A DNA stretch of 64,000 bases from positions 864,001 to 928,000 of the forward strand of contig OZ240248.1 of the NCBI GenBank assembly GCA_965198235.1, given 5' to 3'. The notes beneath the pieces are model-generated. The model was not told the origin of the DNA. It saw nothing but the letters and a program-made list of their open reading frames with translations, and searched no databases. A program made the translations under genes and the position numbers. Below are positions 59,187 to 64,000 of the stretch, piece by piece (the first letter of the stretch is position 1; every line of letters starts with the position of its first letter). The stretch is from Candidatus Poribacteria bacterium. Its GTDB lineage: Bacteria; Poribacteria; WGA-4E; WGA-3G.

Positions 59187-59948
59187 TTAAAAACGAGAAT
59201 TGGACTTAAGTTTACCCCACGTCGTTGTCAACTTATCTTCCGCTTGCACTGCGAGGGTTTTTTCCATACTGGCTTTGACATCCTCAGCAGTGAAAGCGAC
59301 ACTCCACATCTTAAATTCGTCAATCATACCGTTGAAGAAGTTGGCGTTGCCCTGACTCGCTGCGATGCACATACCTTGGGTGCCGAAATCCATGCGTGCA
59401 TCCCCACCGGATTCCGTTTCGTTATCAAGCTCCCCGTTAATATACATCCACCCAGTCTTTTTGCTCTGCGTCCCGACGAAGTAATACCACTCCGATTCAA
59501 ATGCCTCATAATTTGTGTGTACCGGTAATTCCACACCTTGCGTCGCAAAGTAGTACCCGAATAACACGCCGCCACGGTTGAATGTAACATGAGGCCGCCC
59601 GCCACCATTTAAACGATAAAGCAGATCAATCCGGGCACCACTATCAATTTTATCGTCCGGTTTGAACCAGAATTCGATCGTCATCTCCTTGGGTTGATCA
59701 ATTTTGAGTGGATCGAAGTTAACACTTCCACCCTTGAAATGGAGTGCTTGACCTGCGACACCCTCTACCCATTTTGCGTTCTTTATATCACCCACAAATC
59801 CATTCGGCGAAACATCTTCCGCCTTGTTACCTTGACCTTTATCAAAAGGTAGATAAATAAGTAAATCTTTTTTTGGATCGACTGCATGAGCGAGTACACA
59901 ACTCATCAAGAACGCTACAACCGCCAAAAGATATGCTAATTTTTTCAT
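59187..59948 (-). CDS. Secreted LamG-like protein
   Basis: YLPFDKGQG, GQALHF, TIEFWFKP, FNGMIDEF; tail AVQAEDKLTTTWGKLK. Confidence 0.88.
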   Translation of the reverse strand: MKKLAYLLAVVAFLMSCVLAHAVDPKKDLLIYLPFDKGQGNKAEDVSPNGFVGDIKNAKWVEGVAGQALHFKGGSVNFDPLKIDQPKEMTIEFWFKPDDKIDSGARIDLLYRLNGGGRPHVTFNRGGVLFGYYFATQGVELPVHTNYEAFESEWYYFVGTQSKKTGWMYINGELDNETESGGDARMDFGTQGMCIAASQGNANFFNGMIDEFKMWSVAFTAEDVKASMEKTLAVQAEDKLTTTWGKLKSNSRF

Positions 59949-60118
59949 CTTTATTTCGTGTGAAAGCACTACATGGATATGCTCATCCGTAGCGACCCCT
60001 TCACGCTTTCCTCCAATTTTTTAATGGTTAACAGTCCTTAGTTAACGGTTTCCAGTTACAAGAGGTTATTGGTTTATCAAACCAACTCTTTAACTGACAA
60101 TCCTGAAAACTATTTAAT

Positions 60119-60967
60119 TTAATATGGGGCTTTCAGTTTTCCCCAAGTCGTTGCTAATTTACCGGCAGATTCAACCGATAAAACTTCTGGCACATAATAG
60201 TTAACGATGAATTCACCCATAATATCGCTCCACGAAACACCTGGATGCGGCACATCACCCACATAGACCTGAACGAAAATGCCGAGTCGACCACCAGTCT
60301 CCTCGTTAAATATCACAGCCGGCTCAACCCGTAAATCGTCATCCTTATTTTCAGCCAGCGCGATCTCTACCTCCCACGGCGATTTCTCATAATCTTCCAC
60401 GTGGAACGGATAAGAGGTGTTATATTTTTTCAGACTCGGTATGAGGTCTTTGCCCTCCTGTGTCGGGGTCATTTCAACTGGATTGGCTTGCCAAGCCCCC
60501 GGACCTCTTCCCTGCCACACGAAAGCTCCTGGAACGTCGATGATATTGGGTAATCCTTCTTGTTTATTCGTTTCCGCGGGTCCTTCCGAGGTATAAAAGG
60601 TGTATTCACCCGTATTGAAAACTGTATTGCCGGCATCAAGAAACTCTTCGAGAATCGAACCATCGGGTTTTGCGTTACCAATCGGATAAATTGTTGAAGG
60701 GGTGATCCCTGTTATAATCAGGGTATTGCCACCACCTTCCGTATGCGCTTTAACCCAATCCGCTAACCCTTTAATGTCTTTCGGTTCAAAAACCTCCAGG
60801 TTTACTCCGCCAAGAATTTTAATTAAGTTATCAATTTCCTGTTGCGCGCCTTTTGGGTCTTCACGCCCCCACGGGTGCGAGTCCGTGTGAAGCGCAAAAT
60901 TGAAATTGGCTTCAACCTGAGTAGCGATTAAAACCGTGAGAAAAAGGATACTCAATATTTTCAACAT
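60119..60967 (-). CDS. Secreted hypothetical protein with conserved C-terminal tail
   Basis: RBS aggagg; signal peptide; tail SVESAGKLATTWGKLK. Confidence 0.8.
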   Translation of the reverse strand: MLKILSILFLTVLIATQVEANFNFALHTDSHPWGREDPKGAQQEIDNLIKILGGVNLEVFEPKDIKGLADWVKAHTEGGGNTLIITGITPSTIYPIGNAKPDGSILEEFLDAGNTVFNTGEYTFYTSEGPAETNKQEGLPNIIDVPGAFVWQGRGPGAWQANPVEMTPTQEGKDLIPSLKKYNTSYPFHVEDYEKSPWEVEIALAENKDDDLRVEPAVIFNEETGGRLGIFVQVYVGDVPHPGVSWSDIMGEFIVNYYVPEVLSVESAGKLATTWGKLKAPY

Positions 60968-61030
60968 CTTCTCCTCCTATATGTCGCATTAGAGTGCGAA
61001 AATAGGCGAGCACAGAAACCCGCCTGATGT

Positions 61031-61705
61031 TCACCTACTTTTCAACTCACCCCACATAGTAGCTAATTTGTCAGCAGGTTCCACTGCTGTCGGTGGGATA
61101 CCCTCACCATTAATTTCAACGTATTCATACGCAACGGTTGAATCTCTGCCACCTAAGCCAGGGCGACCCTTATCGTGGGTCTTATCCTGGTTTTCAACCA
61201 TCAGTTTTCCATCAATGAAGGTCCTGAGAGTTTCCCCTTCTGTTTCAAATACTATGGTATATGCATCGCCACCTTTGGTGTCCTTTGAATCGGGACGTTT
61301 CGGGCGCGGACCACCGGTAATCTCAGTTGCAGCACCCCCTTGAAACATGTACAATGAGGTGGTATGCGAGTTATAACTGATTTCCATGAAATAGAAATCC
61401 ACCGCTGGTTCTTGCGTCCGGACAAACAGATGAAAATAGGGTCCAGCAATTTTTCGTGCTTTGACTTCCATTCGGTAATCCGTCCAGTTGTCTTCCCCAA
61501 AGTAGATACCTGAATTCTGCCCACCGGCGACAGTAAGTTCAAGCATACCATCTTTCACCTTTGCGGTTGCCTGGGGTCCCAACTCCCAATCCGCAATCTC
61601 TTTGTCACTATCGAACTCATAACGAATCGCCAGCGCGGTGTGTCCAATTAGCATAAAGCCTAAGCAGATGCACGCGTAAACCCATTGGACGTTCAACTTT
61701 CTCAT
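61031..61705 (-). CDS. Secreted DUF1080/concanavalin-like protein
   Basis: Signal peptide; WTDYRMEVK, FIDGKL, GRPGLG; tail AVEPADKLATMWGELK. Confidence 0.75.
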   Translation of the reverse strand: MRKLNVQWVYACICLGFMLIGHTALAIRYEFDSDKEIADWELGPQATAKVKDGMLELTVAGGQNSGIYFGEDNWTDYRMEVKARKIAGPYFHLFVRTQEPAVDFYFMEISYNSHTTSLYMFQGGAATEITGGPRPKRPDSKDTKGGDAYTIVFETEGETLRTFIDGKLMVENQDKTHDKGRPGLGGRDSTVAYEYVEINGEGIPPTAVEPADKLATMWGELKSR

Positions 61706-61879
61706 GAGAAGTTCTCCTCAAATTTAAAGCCGGAGCATCAACGCTTCTCTCTTTTGCGTTAAGCAAACGTAGGACGCTCCCGGTCAGCCAAAAGTAGGTA
61801 AGTCGGGTTCTCCAAATCCTAATTATTTTACACGAAAATTTGGAAACTGTCAACTTTAAATCGGCTGAAATTCAGACGC

Positions 61880-62248
61880 TTACCCGCGAATTGCAGCGAG
61901 GGTCAGACAACCCCACCCCACGATAAACGCCAACCCACCGATCGGGGTAATCGCACCGAGCCACCGAATGCCTGTGAGGCTAAGGATATAGAGACTGCCG
62001 GAAAAAATCAGGATACCTGCGAAAAAGCACCATCCCGATGCAGCCGTGAGTTGGTTCTGCCACTGTGATACCGCCCACGCCGCAGCAATCATCCCCAGAC
62101 TGTGATACATCTGATATCGAACTGCTACTTCAAATGTCTCAAGCATCTCCGGTGAGAGTTTTGATCGAAGCGCATGTGCCCCAAACGCTCCAAAAACAAC
62201 ACCCAGTAGACTTAAACCTGAACCGAACGCAAAGAAAAGATTTTGCAT
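61880..62248 (-). CDS. DUF423 family membrane protein (YgdD/TMEM256-like)
   Basis: GAFGAH, RYQMYH, FSGSLY, GAITPIGG. Confidence 0.93.
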   Translation of the reverse strand: MQNLFFAFGSGLSLLGVVFGAFGAHALRSKLSPEMLETFEVAVRYQMYHSLGMIAAAWAVSQWQNQLTAASGWCFFAGILIFSGSLYILSLTGIRWLGAITPIGGLAFIVGWGCLTLAAIRG

Positions 62249-62352
62249 AGATGCCTCCTTTCAGAAACTTATGACCGTGATTAATTATAACTTAAACCAA
62301 GCATATTATGTCAGGCGTTTTTACTCGCGACGGTACTGAGAGAAATATTTTC

Positions 62353-62381
62353 TTGACATTTTTGCCATACTATGCTAAGAT
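62353..62381 (+). promoter_or_regulatory. Sigma70-type promoter
   Basis: TTGACA-17 bp-TAAGAT with TG extension. Confidence 0.6.
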
Positions 62382-62447
62382 TTCTTTAAACGGCATAGCT
62401 CGCTCTATTCCATGTGGTTAACAGTAAAAGGAGAAACTTTTGGACGT

Positions 62448-64000
62448 ATGAAACAATACAGGACAGACCAGATCCGAAACATTGCAATTATTGCGCATTC
62501 AGGAGCAGGCAAAACATCACTCATTGAAGCGATGCTTTACAATGGTGGTGCCATTGAGCGAATGGGGGCTGTCGATAGTGGAAATTCTGTAGCTGACTAT
62601 GCCACTGACGAGATTGAACGCAAAACGACCCTCAACTGTTCAGTCTGTATTGCAGAATGGGAAGGACATAAACTAAATCTGATTGATACCCCGGGCGCAG
62701 AAGATTTTCATGGTGACCTCCACAGTGTACTCCGAGTCGTCGACGCTGTTGTCATCGTCGTCGATGCAACAACCGGTGTCGAAGGTGGAACCGAAAAGGT
62801 GTGGGAGATAGCAGACAAATATGAGCTGCCACGCCTCATCTTCATCAATAAGATGGATAAAGAGAACGCCAACTTTGAAAACGCACTCTTAACCGTTGAA
62901 GACACTTTAGAGACTCGGGCGGTCCCTATTCAACTCCCGATCGGTAAAGAGGAACAGTTTGCCGGCATCGTTGATGCCATACAGATGGCGGCTTATCTGC
63001 AACCCGATGGAAGCAAGCGCGCTGCAAAAGCCGAAATACCCGCAGACTTGGAGACACAGGCTGAAGAAACTCGCGAAGCACTTGTCGAAGTCGCTGCAGA
63101 AAGCGACGATGAACTCATTGAGAAGTTTTTTGAAGGTGAGCTATCGGACGAAGAGATTCAGAACGGCTTGCAACTTGGGATTTTCGAGAATCAGTTTACC
63201 CCCGTGCTTTGCGGTGCTGCCTTGAACAATATTGGCGTGCAACAATTGATGGATATGCTGCTGACTGGCTGTCCGTCTCCCGTCAACGCAGGCGCAGTTA
63301 CAGCTGCGGAAAATGAAGAGGATAGCCGCGAACCGTCACCGGATGCCCCGATGTCCGCTGTCGTATTCAAATCGATTGCCGATCCGTTTGCAGGGCAATT
63401 GAGCTTCTTCCGTGTCTACTCTGGCACGTTGCAAGGGGATACTCAGGTCAGCAATGCGACGCAAGGACAAATTGAACGTCTCGGAAAAACGGCGTTCATG
63501 AACGGTAAAGAGGCAATCAACACACCACAGGTAGAAGCAGGAGACATTGGCGCACTCACGAAACTTGCCGCGACTCAGACCGGGGACACGCTCTGCGACA
63601 GAGACGCACCCATTCAACTTCCAGGTGTTGATTTCCCAAGTTCCGTCATCTCCTATGCCATCCGCCCAACGCGCGAAGGCGACGATGAAAAACTGATGAC
63701 ATCACTCACACGGATGTCCGAAGAAGATCCGACGTTTAGAATTGAGCGGAACGACGTTACAAAACAACTCCTCATCTCCGGGCTCGGAGACCTGCATATC
63801 AACATTAATCGGGAACGAATGGCAGATAAATTCGGGGTTGAGACGGAAGTTTCACCGCCAAAAGTTCCGTATCGGGAAACAATTCGTCGGAGAGTCCAGA
63901 GCATCCACGGCAGACACAAACGTCAATCTGGTGGAAGAGGGCAGTTCGGCGATGTCACGATCAATCTCGCTCCCTTACAACGCGGTGAGGGCTTTGAGTT
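62448..64000 (+). CDS. fusA: Elongation factor G paralog (EF-G2-like), 3' end outside the window; missing from the ORF track because no stop is reached
   Basis: Manual translation: MKQYRTDQIRNIAIIAHSGAGKTSL, DTPG, NKMD, EEDPT, SGLGDLH, VPYRETI, HKRQSGGRGQFG. Confidence 0.9.
   Translation, partial: MKQYRTDQIRNIAIIAHSGAGKTSLIEAMLYNGGAIERMGAVDSGNSVADYATDEIERKTTLNCSVCIAEWEGHKLNLIDTPGAEDFHGDLHSVLRVVDAVVIVVDATTGVEGGTEKVWEIADKYELPRLIFINKMDKENANFENALLTVEDTLETRAVPIQLPIGKEEQFAGIVDAIQMAAYLQPDGSKRAAKAEIPADLETQAEETREALVEVAAESDDELIEKFFEGELSDEEIQNGLQLGIFENQFTPVLCGAALNNIGVQQLMDMLLTGCPSPVNAGAVTAAENEEDSREPSPDAPMSAVVFKSIADPFAGQLSFFRVYSGTLQGDTQVSNATQGQIERLGKTAFMNGKEAINTPQVEAGDIGALTKLAATQTGDTLCDRDAPIQLPGVDFPSSVISYAIRPTREGDDEKLMTSLTRMSEEDPTFRIERNDVTKQLLISGLGDLHININRERMADKFGVETEVSPPKVPYRETIRRRVQSIHGRHKRQSGGRGQFGDVTINLAPLQRGEGFE

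Overview
Bacterial chromosomal window with about 50 CDS. The lineage is most likely Candidatus Poribacteria; this is inferred from secreted LamG and jelly-roll proteins sharing a C-terminal (A/P)VEPxxKLxTxWGxLK tail, a PhyH-HEAT fusion and an FGE-domain protein. Recognisable genes are nadA, nnr, thrB (type II), ftsY, an alpha-2-macroglobulin/pbpC pair, an EF-G paralog running off the right edge and an XPB-like helicase with a DUF790 (Bax1-like) partner. Accessory loci include a 2262-aa Ig-repeat protein with a T9SS-like C-terminal domain beside a PorV-like barrel, a cytochrome P460-family lipoprotein beside a heme-motif porin, a MarR-ferritin-like fusion with an ECF sigma factor, and an ABC/TolC locus whose permease genes were broken by an IS701-type element and its MITE. 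The most striking pattern is several families of short palindromic or heptameric repeats. They nest inside each other, sit flush against gene starts and stops, and are inserted in-frame in otherwise intact genes (at least four times in pbpC). I found no rRNA, tRNA or CRISPR array. All product calls come from motif recognition by eye, without database searches.
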